Below are positions 11,219-22,576 of a DNA stretch of 22,576 nt, piece after piece; the stretch's first letter is position 1; every line of letters starts with the position of its first letter. The notes beneath the pieces are model-generated. The model saw only the letters and a program-made list of their open reading frames with translations, was not told where the DNA came from and searched no databases. The stretch spans positions 121,743 to 144,318 of the forward strand of contig NIVC01002402.1 in assembly GCA_002269645.1 (NCBI GenBank). Reading direction: 5' to 3'. Source of the DNA: Macrostomum lignano. Its lineage: Eukaryota. Position numbers and translations under genes: made by a program.

Positions 11219-11792
11219 TCAGTTTCCAACGACATTGTTGCGCTTGAGGTGGACGAGGACCGCGCTGAACGAGCGCTCCGGGCGGCTGACGCAGAAGGGA
11301 GGCACAGATTGTCCGCACGCAGCAACCCCCAGAAACCGACCAGCAGGCAGCACCAGAAGGCCGCGCCGCGTCAGGATGTTGTGTCGATTTGGGATCTGAG
11401 ATGCTGCAGCATGGCGGGGGTAAAGCCGACTTTCTGTCTTGCATGGGCGCCCCGTTGCCGTTTGACACCTTGAAGGGCGAGGCGCACTACTAGAGGATGG
11501 ACAGTCGGGTCGGCCCCCCCCCCAGCCAGCTTGTAGAGCCACGAAACCGCGTGCAGGTAGGTGGAGAAGCTGGCGAATGCGGCCAGGTGCTTGAGGTGTA
11601 GGTGAGAGACGTAGAGTGACACCGTCGGTCCGTCGGCCTCTAGAGGTTGCACGCTGATGTCGCTGCAGAAGCGCTCCCAACAGCTCAGCTGGGACCTGAG
11701 CTGGGCTCGTCTCGTATTCGGTGCACGTGCCAGGGCTTGGTTGAGCAGCCGGTCTCGTTCCGTCCTCAGGGGCTCCGCTGCAGCTGCTGAAC
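11219..11792 (-). pseudogene. Tyrosine recombinase (YR), N-terminal SAM-like domain and first catalytic Arg; C-terminal H-x-x-R/Y part missing
   Basis: Single frame reads LLNQALARAPNTRR...CWERFCSDISVQP...SFSTYLHAVSWLYKLAG...DPTVHPLVVRLALQGVKR...; in-frame TGA 11373-11371; then LLVGFWGLLRADNLC; homology fades near 11200. Confidence 0.85.
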
Positions 11793-11911
11793 CTGTGAGA
11801 GGAGAGATTGACAGGAAGCAGCAGACAGGGCGTGCGATGCGATAGCAGATGGGTCAATGTAGATAGTGCCATAGTAGCGAAATAAGAAATTAACTAGGCC
11901 ATGCTTATGAT

Positions 11912-13390
11912 TCAGGCGAGAAGCTGGCCGTCACTAAAAATTTGAAACCGGCCAGGGACATGAAACACCTCGGAGTAAATGCGGTGCTTCAGCGCGAGTA
12001 AAATAGCCGTGCGCATCATGGCGCTTGAACCACAGGGGGCTTGGCAGAGCCCTCGCGCAGCATCCCAGCCACAGACGAGTTGTCGGTGTAAAAAACGATG
12101 TGGAAGTTAGCTAGGTGCTCTTTAAAAAGGATAATAAAAAGCAGAGGCATCACACACTCCAGGTAGTTGATGTGCAGTCCATGAAGGGCACCACTAAAGT
12201 CAGCCAACCAGTTGGCATACATCCAGTCGGTCCTATACTTCCGTCAGAAATGACAGCAGCGCCACCTGATAGGCAAGCGTCCGTCTCAACCACCAGCCGG
12301 TTCGTGAAGGCCGGCCACAGTTCGATTCCATGCATCCAGTTCGTCGCTGATCGCCAGAAAGGCAGTTGCTCACCAAGTTGACCTTTGATGCGCATCTTGT
12401 GGTGAGGCAAGTCCAAGCTGTTGGTCAGGTTGATGAGGCCAAAGTAACGATCTACCAGCGCGGGCGACCTCGCAGAACCAACCGATTTTACCACAGAGCT
12501 TCTGCAGTTGCTTTTTGCTGAGTCGCTTGCAAGAGAGTCAGGCGGCCTTCAGCCGTATCAATGTGGATGCCGAGAAAAACCATGGATTTGCTGGGTGGAG
12601 ATAGCTTCTCCCTGTTGATTGAAAAACCCAGGCGGCGCAGCAGACTCAGAAGAGTGCTATAGGCTTCCTGGCAGGCTTCCAGCGTGCTCGCGGCAACGGC
12701 AAAGTCATCGAGGTAGTTGCAGATGACGTGGTACCCTCGCCGAACCATCATACGCTTAACGCTTAACGCTTCCGACAAGCGGTGGAAAATGTCGACGCTA
12801 GCGGCAAACCCGAAGCCGAGGCAGGTGTTAACTAGGTACCTGGGCTCACTCTCGCCGCTGAAGGTCCACCGGAGTCCTGTGATGGAGTAGGCTGTAGAGC
12901 TGACGGGGCAGGAGCGGTAGGATTTGGTCAGATCGATTTTAGTCATAAACCAGCCCGGCTTCAGCTTCTTGGTAAACGCGTTGACAGTCGAAAAGCGAAG
13001 CTTCTTGTCCTGCTTAAAGTACTCATTGATGCTCCGGCCGCGAGGCAGACTGGCGTCGTGGATCAGCCGGAGACCTCCAGAGGACTTGGCCACCGCTCAC
13101 AGGGGGCTGACGATGTGCGGTTTATCCTTCACTAGCATGTATCTGTTGTTCTTCACTTCCTCCAGGATCAGTTTCTCAACTTGCTCACGATTCTCAGGAC
13201 AAGTGGCGGATCTGTGGTTTTCTTCGCTAGCTGCGAGACTGTTGCTCTGGTTGGTGATTTCGAAATCTCTTCTGATGCCGTTCAAGATGGACTCGGCGCC
13301 TGGATCCGACGATTGTGCAGCCCGGAGCAGGAAAGCGCAGCGCGGCTTCGGACATGGCTTGAGGGTTTAAAAGACTAAAAGTTTGAGGCT
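11912..13390 (-). pseudogene. pol: reverse transcriptase and RNase H
   Basis: ILNGIRRDFEI...PHIVSPL*AVAKSSGGLRLIHDAS...KIDLTKSYR...LGFGFAAS...NYLDD (YLDD 12715-12704)...FLGIHIDT; RNase H pieces VVETDAC, HINYLE, FYTDNSSV, FHVPG across shifted frames; stop 11914-11912. Confidence 0.92.
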
Positions 13391-13394
13391 GGAC

Positions 13395-13430
13395 CAGGGA
13401 CAACTTAAGTTGTAGTTTTAGTTGTCCCTG
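13395..13430. mobile_element. 36-bp insertion with 11-bp TIRs and 8-bp TSD (candidate micro-hAT element 2), nested in the retrotransposon
   Basis: CAGGGACAACT-TAAGTTGTAGTTTT-AGTTGTCCCTG flanked by GGCTGGAC at 13387-13394 and 13431-13438. Confidence 0.85.
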
Positions 13431-13490
13431 GGCTGGACCCAGCTCGCTGACATCGATGACATCGAGGAGCTCGATGGCTGGCCCCCGTAC

Positions 13491-13700
13491 TCAGTTTTTT
13501 GTAGCTTGTGCACCCGACTCATGCGCACAGGCCGGGTGGTTGCTTTGCAGACTCGGCAGATATGTTGGAAATGGCAGGCCTTGCTCAAGCTTTTGTCGGC
13601 GTTGAAATTGTTGCAGATGGATCGATTCGCTGGATATTGCGAAGTCTTGGACTTCAACAGTCTTGGAGCGGCAGCAGCGCCCTCTCGCGCTGAGCTGAGC
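13491..13700 (-). pseudogene. gag C-terminal zinc-finger remnant
   Basis: ICNNFNADKSLSKACHFQHICRVC then, after a frameshift, NHPACAHE...TKN*: CCCH-like plus CCHC-like knuckles typical of YR-retroelement gag; N-terminal part absent. Confidence 0.7.
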
Positions 13701-14197
13701 AACGTATATATAAAACACATGCACACCGGGGATTAGGGGTGTTGAGTCAGAGCACGTACGTACAGCGCGTATAAAACAAGCACGAGTACAAGGTCGGGGC
13801 GATAAAAAAGAGGGGCAGCGAGGCAGGTCACTCAGCCATTAAAAACGGCTAAAGCCCACTTGCTTTACCCGCCCATTATTCGAATATTCAAAATTGATCA
13901 CAATACTTTTTGATATTATTGACTATATTATCCTACTTCCTACTAAGAGTAGATGAAATAGCGCGTGCGTAGAACAGTTTCTAAAAATGTACGATCGCTT
14001 TATACAAATTCTTTCGTTGGAGAACTGCTGCCGCTTGTTGACCAATTGACAGTGGGCTGCGATATGATTGGCTGAAAATTCCTGCATGTCATTCGAGTTC
14101 GCTTTAAATGCAAGTGAGAATAGATTAACAAGGCCGCTGAAAATCCCAAACAAAAGGCAAAAAACTAAAAGAACAGCAAAAGCGTTGGCTTAGTAAA

Positions 14198-14306
14198 ATG
14201 CGGAAAATCACTGCAGTAGCTGTCGTGGCCCTTCTCTGCTTGCCAAGCAGTTGCTGGGCAGTATTCGACCTATTTGTACCAAAGGACGCCATGCGAGAAG
14301 TCATCA
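14198..14306 (+). CDS. RYK: RYK/Derailed-like Wnt receptor, coding exon 1 (signal peptide)
   Basis: MRKITAVAVVALLCLPSSCWAVFDLFVPKDAMREVI+A, donor GTGAGT 14307; phase-1 intron of 89 bp joins in frame to exon 2. Confidence 0.82.
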
Positions 14307-14395
14307 GTGAGTTTGTCATTAAAAAATTATTTTAATTTTTTTCCAGATTTCTTCTATCGCAAACCATTGCAATCACAATTCCTGCCTCCCCCCAG

Positions 14396-14529
14396 ACACA
14401 TTTACGAACTCAAAGGTGTACTATGTCTACAATGGCACGGTGAACAAGTACGCTTTGCAGTTCAAGATTTCTGTGCCGCTGCGGGTCAACAAGCTGCATT
14501 TCTGTTGGGTTAGCAGATCTCAAAGAGAT
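14396..14529 (+). CDS. RYK: RYK/Derailed-like, coding exon 2 (WIF domain)
   Basis: Acceptor CCTCCCCCCAG, donor GTAAGT; (N)[44 protein letters not shown] resembles the RYK WIF segment LYYVRNDLISHYALSFSLLVPSETNFLHFTW. Confidence 0.87.
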
Positions 14530-14560
14530 GTAAGTAAAACCTCTTTCATTTTTAACCTTT

Positions 14561-16188
<1,628 letters not shown>

Positions 16189-16231
16189 GCCGAAGACACA
16201 CCCTTCACACCCGTGCACCCGAACTGCGCAG

Positions 16232-16331
16232 ACGCCCTACTCCATTGCCTTCACCGTTGACAATAAGCTGGCAATGCTAGCACCGCAGTTGAACATCTCA
16301 AACCGTGGCCTGGTGCCCAAGACCGTGTCTG
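16232..16331 (+). CDS. RYK: RYK/Derailed-like, coding exon 3 (WIF domain); gene continues beyond recognisable sequence
   Basis: Acceptor CTGCGCAG, donor GTGAGC; [33 protein letters not shown] resembles RYK VEYKLGFQVDNVLAMDMPQVNISVQGEVPRTLS; phase 0 matches exon 2. Confidence 0.88.
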
Positions 16332-16627
16332 GTGAGCCTCTAATTATTATACGAGTCTTACATGCTACAGCGGCTCTTTTACGCAGAAGCGTCTTTGTCC
16401 TTAATTGGGGTCTTTGTTTGTTTTCGCTCGATTATGCGATGGTGTTAATAATTTCGCAGTTTCAATATTGCTTGCTAAACTTTTTTTCTTTAAAGCAATG
16501 GCTCAGTGGAACGGGTTAAATCAGAGTCGAGAGTGCGTGAAACCGTGCAAAAGAAGTGAAAATTTGTCAAACAGAGAGTGAAATTGTGACGAAGAGACTG
16601 AAGTTATGGCAGGGGAAATGGAACTGA

Positions 16628-17120
16628 GATAGAGTGATACTGAGACAGACAGAGTGAAATTAAGACAGAGTGAAATTGGGACAGAGTGAGTTTAAGACCG
16701 AGTGAAATCAAGATAGACAGAGTGAGATTAAGACAGAGTGAAATTGGGACAGAGTGAGTTTAAGACCGAGTGAAATCAAGATAGACAGAGTGAGATTAAG
16801 ACAGAGTGAAATGTGGACAGAGTGAGTTTAAGACAGAGTGAAATTGAGACAGAGTGAGGTTAAGACAGAGTGAGATTGGGACAGAGTGAGGTTAAGACAG
16901 AGTGAGATTGGGACAGAGTGAGGTTAAGACAGAGTGAGATTGGGACAGAGTGAGGTTAAGACAGAGTGAGATTGGGACAGAGTGAGGTTAAGACAGAGTG
17001 AGATTGGGACAGAGTGAGGTTAAGACAGAGTGAGATTGGGACAGAGTGAGGTTAAGACAGAGTGAAATTGGGACAGAGTGAGGTTAAGACAGAGTGAAAT
17101 CAAGATAGCCAGAGTGAAAT
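16628..17120. repeat. 16-bp minisatellite with 32-bp dimer structure
   Basis: Alternating GACAGAGTGAGATTGG and GACAGAGTGAGGTTAA units; more diverged at the left end. Confidence 0.93.
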
Positions 17121-17636
17121 TCAGAGCAAGTGCACTTTATTCACGAAAGGCACTGAAGCCTCATTAAAGAGCGCTACTAAATGTCCGCAGACAATTAAAC
17201 TCCCAAAGTCGACACAATGCAACGGTTCAATATAAATGAGGTTGTAAATAAAAAAATGATGTTAATGATGATGTTTGCAAGCAAAACGAGCGGCCTCCTA
17301 TGCGGTTTTTGTGGCTGGCTGTTTTTAACGACCTTTTTTGAGGCTCATTACTCGAGGATATATAGATAAGATAGACATACTACAAAGGCTGCTCAGAGTA
17401 AAAAGAAGCAGCCTCTTAAACTAGAAAAAGTGATGAGTAAAAAAATGATCTTATTTACTAAGCAAGCAAGCTCTCGGCGCGTAAGGTTTTCTCAATTGGA
17501 GCAGTCATCCGAACTGTTTGTACAGCACCGCCTACCCATAGTCTGCCTTGGTCTGAGTACCATTGAATATTTTCAAGCCATCGTTGCTGCGTGATTGCTC
17601 AACTTTGCATTCTCATCCATTCGAGATTCAGTTTTG

Positions 17637-18965
17637 GCGCCATTTAAGCATCAGTTTAAGCGCCATTTAAGCATCAGTTTAAGCGCCATTCAAGCATCAG
17701 TTTAAGCGCCATTTAAGCATCAGTTTAAGCGCCATTTAAGCATCAGTTTAAGCGCCATTTAAGCATCAGTTTAAGCGCCGTTCAAGCATCAGTTTAAGCG
17801 CCATTTAAGCATCAGTTTGAGCGCCATTCAAGCATCAGTTTAAGCGCCATTCAAGCATCAGTTTAAGCGCCATTTAAGAATCAGTTTAAGCGCCATTTAA
17901 GCATCAGTTTAAGCGCCAATTAGGCATCAGTTTAAGCGCCAATTAGGCATCAGTTTAAGCGCCAATTAGGCATCAGTTTAAGCGCCAATTAGGCATCAGT
18001 TTAAGCGCCATTCAAGCATCAGTTTAAGCGCCAATTAGACATCAGTTTAAGCGCCATTTAAGAATCAGTTTAAGCGCCATATTTAAGCATCAGTTTAAGC
18101 GCCATATTTAAGCATCAGTTTAAGCGCCATATTTAAGCATCAGTTTAAGCGCCATATTTAAGCATCAGTTTAAGCGCCATTTAAGAATCAGTTTAAGCGC
18201 CATTTAAGAATCAGTTTAAGCGCCATTTAAGAATCAGTTTAAGCGCCATTTAAGCATCAGTTTAAGCGCCATTTAAGCATCAGTTTAAGCGCCATTTAAG
18301 CATCAGTTTAAGCGCCGTTCAAGCATCAGTTTAAGCGCCATTTAAGCATCAGTTTAAGCGCCATTTAAGCATCAGTTTAAGCGCCGTTCAAGCATCAGTT
18401 TAAGCGCCAATTAGGCATCAGTTTAAGCGCCATATTCAAGCATCAGTTTAAGCGCCATTTAAGAATCAGTTTAAGCGCCATATTTAAGCATCAGTTTAAG
18501 CGCCATTTAAGAATCAGTTTAAGCGCCATTTAAGAATCAGTTTAAGCGCCATTTAAGCATCAGTTTAAGCGCCATTTAAGAATCAGTTTAAGCGCCATTT
18601 AAGCATCAGTTTAAGCGCCATTTAAGCATCAGCTTAAGCGCCATTTAAGCATCAGTTTATGCGCCATTTAAGCATCAGTTTGAGCGCCATTCAAGCATCA
18701 GTTTAAGCGCCATTCAAGCATCAGTTTAAGCGCCATTTAAGAATCAGTTTAAGCGCCATTTAAGCATCAGTTTAAGCGCCAATTAGGCATCAGTTTAAGC
18801 GCCAATTAGGCATCAGTTTAAGCGCCGTTTAAGCATCAGTTTAAGCGCCATTCAAGCATCAGTTTAAGCGCCATTTAAGCATCAGTTTAAGCGCCGTTTA
18901 AGCATCAGTTTAAGCGCCGTTTAAGCATCAGTTTAAGCGCCATTCAAGCATCAGTTTAAGCGCCA
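17637..18965. repeat. 23-bp minisatellite, about 57 copies
   Basis: Unit GCGCCATTTAAGCATCAGTTTAA with ATTCA, GTTCA, AATTAGG, GAATC and +AT (25-bp) variants. Confidence 0.97.
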
Positions 18966-19541
18966 CTTGAGCATAAAATAAACTAAGACTTTATAAAAGC
19001 TCATTCAAAAGTAAAATCGTGCACTTGCTATAGCCAGCTTGGAATCAAAATCAAGCAAGGGTCTGTTTCCAAATGGAACTCACTCTCGTGGGAACCGTTC
19101 CAGTTGTCAATGACTCACTGGAGTTCTTTCTCTCTTCATCTTCATAGTTCATACGAGCTACAGCCATAGTTGATTGAAGTGTTTTGTAGCAAAATACCCG
19201 ACCGCGGGGGCCTTGAATATTGAATTAAATTATTCTCAGCTCTTCGACCATCTCAGACTCAATTTTGGCGGCTTTGATATTACTGTTTACTGAACTAGAG
19301 AACTGTTTGGTCATGGCTTTGCTTTTCAATGTTGTAAAGACAAGTTTGACAATCCAGCACGTGTGCAAGTGTGAGTGTGTGTGTATCAGTCTGGAGTAGA
19401 CTGGAAAACACACATTTCCAGACTCAAGTCGCTTTGTTTGAGTATATATATATATATCCATAACAGTTAGAGGCCTGGTGGGTGGTTGTGAAGCACTTCA
19501 GTCTGTGAGGTCCTCATCTTATTACCTTTGGCTGCAGTGCG

Positions 19542-22500
19542 TCTGACACAGCTAGCTATCATTTCTGACACAGCTAGCTATCATCTCTGACACAATCTAG
19601 CTACAATATCTGACACAATCTAGCTACAATATCTGACACAATCTAGCTACAATATCTGACACAATCTAGCTACAATATCTGACACAATCTAGCTACAATA
19701 TCTGACACAATCTAGCTACAATATCTGACACAATCTAGCTACAATATCTGACACAATCTAGCTAGCCATCTCTGACACAATCTAGCTACAATATCTGACA
19801 CAATCTAGCTACAATATCTGACACAATCTAGCTACAATATCTGACACAATCTAGCTACAATATCTGACACAATCTAGCTAGCCATCTCTGACACAATCTA
19901 GCTACAATATCTGACACAATCTAGCTAGCCATCTCTGACACAATCTAGCTACAATATCTGACACAATCTAGCTAACATCACTGACACAATCTAGCTACAA
20001 TCTGACACAATCAAGCTATCATCTCTGACACAATCTAGCTACAATATCTGACACAATCTAGCTACAATATCTGACACAATCTAGCTACAATATCTGACAC
20101 AATCTAGCTAGCCATCTCTGACACAATCTAGCTACAATATCTGACACAATCTAGCTACAATATCTGACACAATCTAGCTACAATATCTGACACAATCTAG
20201 CTACAATATCTGACACAATCTAGCTAGCCATCTCTGACACAATCTAGCTACCATCTCTGACACAATCTAGCTACAATACAATATCTGACACAATCTAGCT
20301 ACAATCTCTGACACAATATAGCTACAATCTCTGACACAATCTAGCTACAATATCTGACACAATCTAGCTACGATATCTGACACAATCTAGCTACAATCTC
20401 TGACACAATCTAGCTACAATACAATATCTGACACAATCTAGCTACAATCTCTGACACAATCTAGCTAGAATATCTGACACAATCTAGCTACAATATTTGA
20501 AACAATCTAGCTACAATATCTGACACAATGTAGCTACAATATCTGACACAATCTAGCTACAATCTCTGACACAATCTAGCTACAATCTCTGACACAATCT
20601 AGCTACAATCTCTGACACAATCTAGCTACAATACAATATCTGACACAATCTAGCTAGAATATCTGACACAATCTAGCTACAATCTCTGACACAATCTAGC
20701 TACAATCTCTGACACAATGTAGCTACAATATCTGACACAATCTAGCTAGAATGTCTGACACAGTCTAGCTACCATCTCTGACACAATCTAGCTACCATCT
20801 CTGACACAATCTAGCTACCATCTCTGACACAATCTAGCTACAATATCTGACACAATCTAGCTACAATCTCTGACACAATCTAGCTACAATCTCTGACACA
20901 ATCTAGCTACAATCTCTGACACAATCTAGCTACAATCTCTGACACAATCTAGCTACAATCTCTGACACAATCTAGCTACAATCTCTGACACAATCTAGCT
21001 ACAATATCTGACACAATCTAGCTACCATCTCTGACACAATCTAGCTACAATATCTGACACAATCTAGCTACAATCTCTGACACAATCTAGCTACAATATC
21101 TGACACAATCTAGCTACAATATCTGACACAATCTAGCTACAATCTCTGACACAATCTAGCTAGCCATCTCTGACACAATCTAGCTACAATCTCTGACACA
21201 ATCTAGCTACCATCTCTGACACAATGTAGCTACAATATCTGACACAATCTAGCTACAATCTCTGACACAATCTAGCTACAATATCTGACACAATCTAGCT
21301 ACAATCTCTGACACAATCTAGCTACAATACAATATCTGACACAATCTAGCTACAATATCTGACACAATCTAGCTACAATGACTGACACAGTCTAGCTACC
21401 ATCTCTGACACAATCTAGCTACAATGTCTGACACAATCTAGCTACCATCTCTGACACAATCTAGCTACCATCTCTGACACAATCTAGCTACAATATCGGA
21501 CACAATGTAGCTACAATCTCTGACACAATCTAGCTACAATCTCTGACACAATCTAGCTACCATCTCTGACACAATCTAGCTACAATATCTGACACAATCT
21601 AGCTACCATCTCTGACACAATCTAGCTAGAATATCTGACACAATCTAGCTAGAATATCTGACACAATCTAGCTACAATATCTGACACAATCTAGCTAAAA
21701 TCTCTGACACAATCTAGCTACAATCTCTGACACAATCTAGCTACAATCTCTGACACAATCTAGCTACAATACAATATCTGACACAATCTAGCTAGAATAT
21801 CTGACACAATCTAGCTACAATCTCTGACACAATCTAGCTACAATCTCTGACACAATCTAGCTACAATCTCTGACACAATGTAGCTACAATATCTGACACA
21901 ATCTAGCTAGAATGTCTGACACAGTCTAGCTACCATCTCTGACACAATCTAGCTACCATCTCTGACACAATCTAGCTACCATCTCTGACACAATCTAGCT
22001 ACAATATCTGACACAATCTAGCTACAATCTCTGACACAATCTAGCTACAATATCTGACACAATCTAGCTACAATCTCTGACACAATCTAGCTACAATCTC
22101 TGACACAATCTAGCTACCATCTCTGACACAATCTAGCTACAATCTCTGACACAATCTAGCTACCATCTCTGACACAATGTAGCTACAATATCTGACACAA
22201 TCTAGCTACAATCTCTGACACAATCTAGCTACAATCTCTGACACAATCTAGCTACAATCTCTGACACAATCTAGCTACAATACAATATCTGACACAATCT
22301 AGCTACAATATCTGACACAATCTAGCTATCATCTCTGACACAGTCTAGCTACCATCTCTGACACAATCTAGCTACAATGTCTGACACAATCTAGCTACCA
22401 TCTCTGACACAATCTAGCTACCATCTCTGACACAATCTAGCTACAATATCGGACACAATGTAGCTACAATCTCTGACACAATCAGCTACAATCTCTGACA

Positions 22501-22576
22501 CAATCTAGCTACCATCTCTGACACAATCTAGCTACAATATCTGACACAATCTAGCTACCATCTCTGACACAATCTA
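19542..22576. repeat. 23-bp minisatellite, over 3 kb, runs off the window
   Basis: Unit TCTGACACAATCTAGCTACAATA with ACAATC, ACCATC, AGAATA, AGCCATC and +ACAAT variants. Confidence 0.98.

Larger units (their letters stand above)
11165..13720 (-). mobile_element. Tyrosine-recombinase retrotransposon (DIRS order, Ngaro-like), truncated at both ends and decayed
   Basis: Order on the minus strand: gag zinc fingers, RT, RNase H, YR; no methyltransferase domain seen between RNase H and YR; terminal repeats not found, so boundaries are approximate. Confidence 0.88.

Noticed and set aside
10562-11399. Plus-strand ORFs of 91-190 aa
   Set aside because: No recognisable domain; composition reflects the pyrimidine-rich tract and the antisense of YR.
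12757-12777. 7-bp tandem duplication (ACGCTTA) in RT as a transposon footprint
   Set aside because: Simple slippage explains it; no supporting termini.
16460-16600. Acceptor-like AATTTCGCAG as RYK exon 4
   Set aside because: The phase-1 translation does not resemble the remaining WIF sequence and ends in a stop; similar tests at 17530 and 19230 also failed.
19225-19461. 78-aa minus-strand ORF between the arrays
   Set aside because: Starts in an AT microsatellite, no homology or splice support.

Overview
Repeat-rich animal (probably invertebrate) genomic DNA with spliceosomal GT-AG introns; nothing here looks prokaryotic. Two host genes sit head-to-head: a complete three-coding-exon Rab10 gene on the minus strand (7167-5293, 207 aa) and the first three coding exons of a RYK/Derailed-type Wnt receptor on the plus strand (from 14198; signal peptide plus WIF domain), whose second intron is about 96% (GATA)n. 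Mobile DNA includes a decayed 1.3-kb DD34D mariner inserted into a minisatellite, a tRNA-derived SINE with an 8-bp TSD, a truncated Ngaro-like tyrosine-recombinase retrotransposon between the two genes, and a degenerate foldback. About 40% of the window is tandem repeat. The most unusual signal is two independent 35-36-bp hairpin insertions with related CARGGAC...GTCCYTG ends, each flanked by a perfect 8-bp target-site duplication, i.e. candidate 'TIR-only' micro-hAT elements. All coordinates and alignments were read by eye; family assignments rest on remembered motifs, not on database searches.
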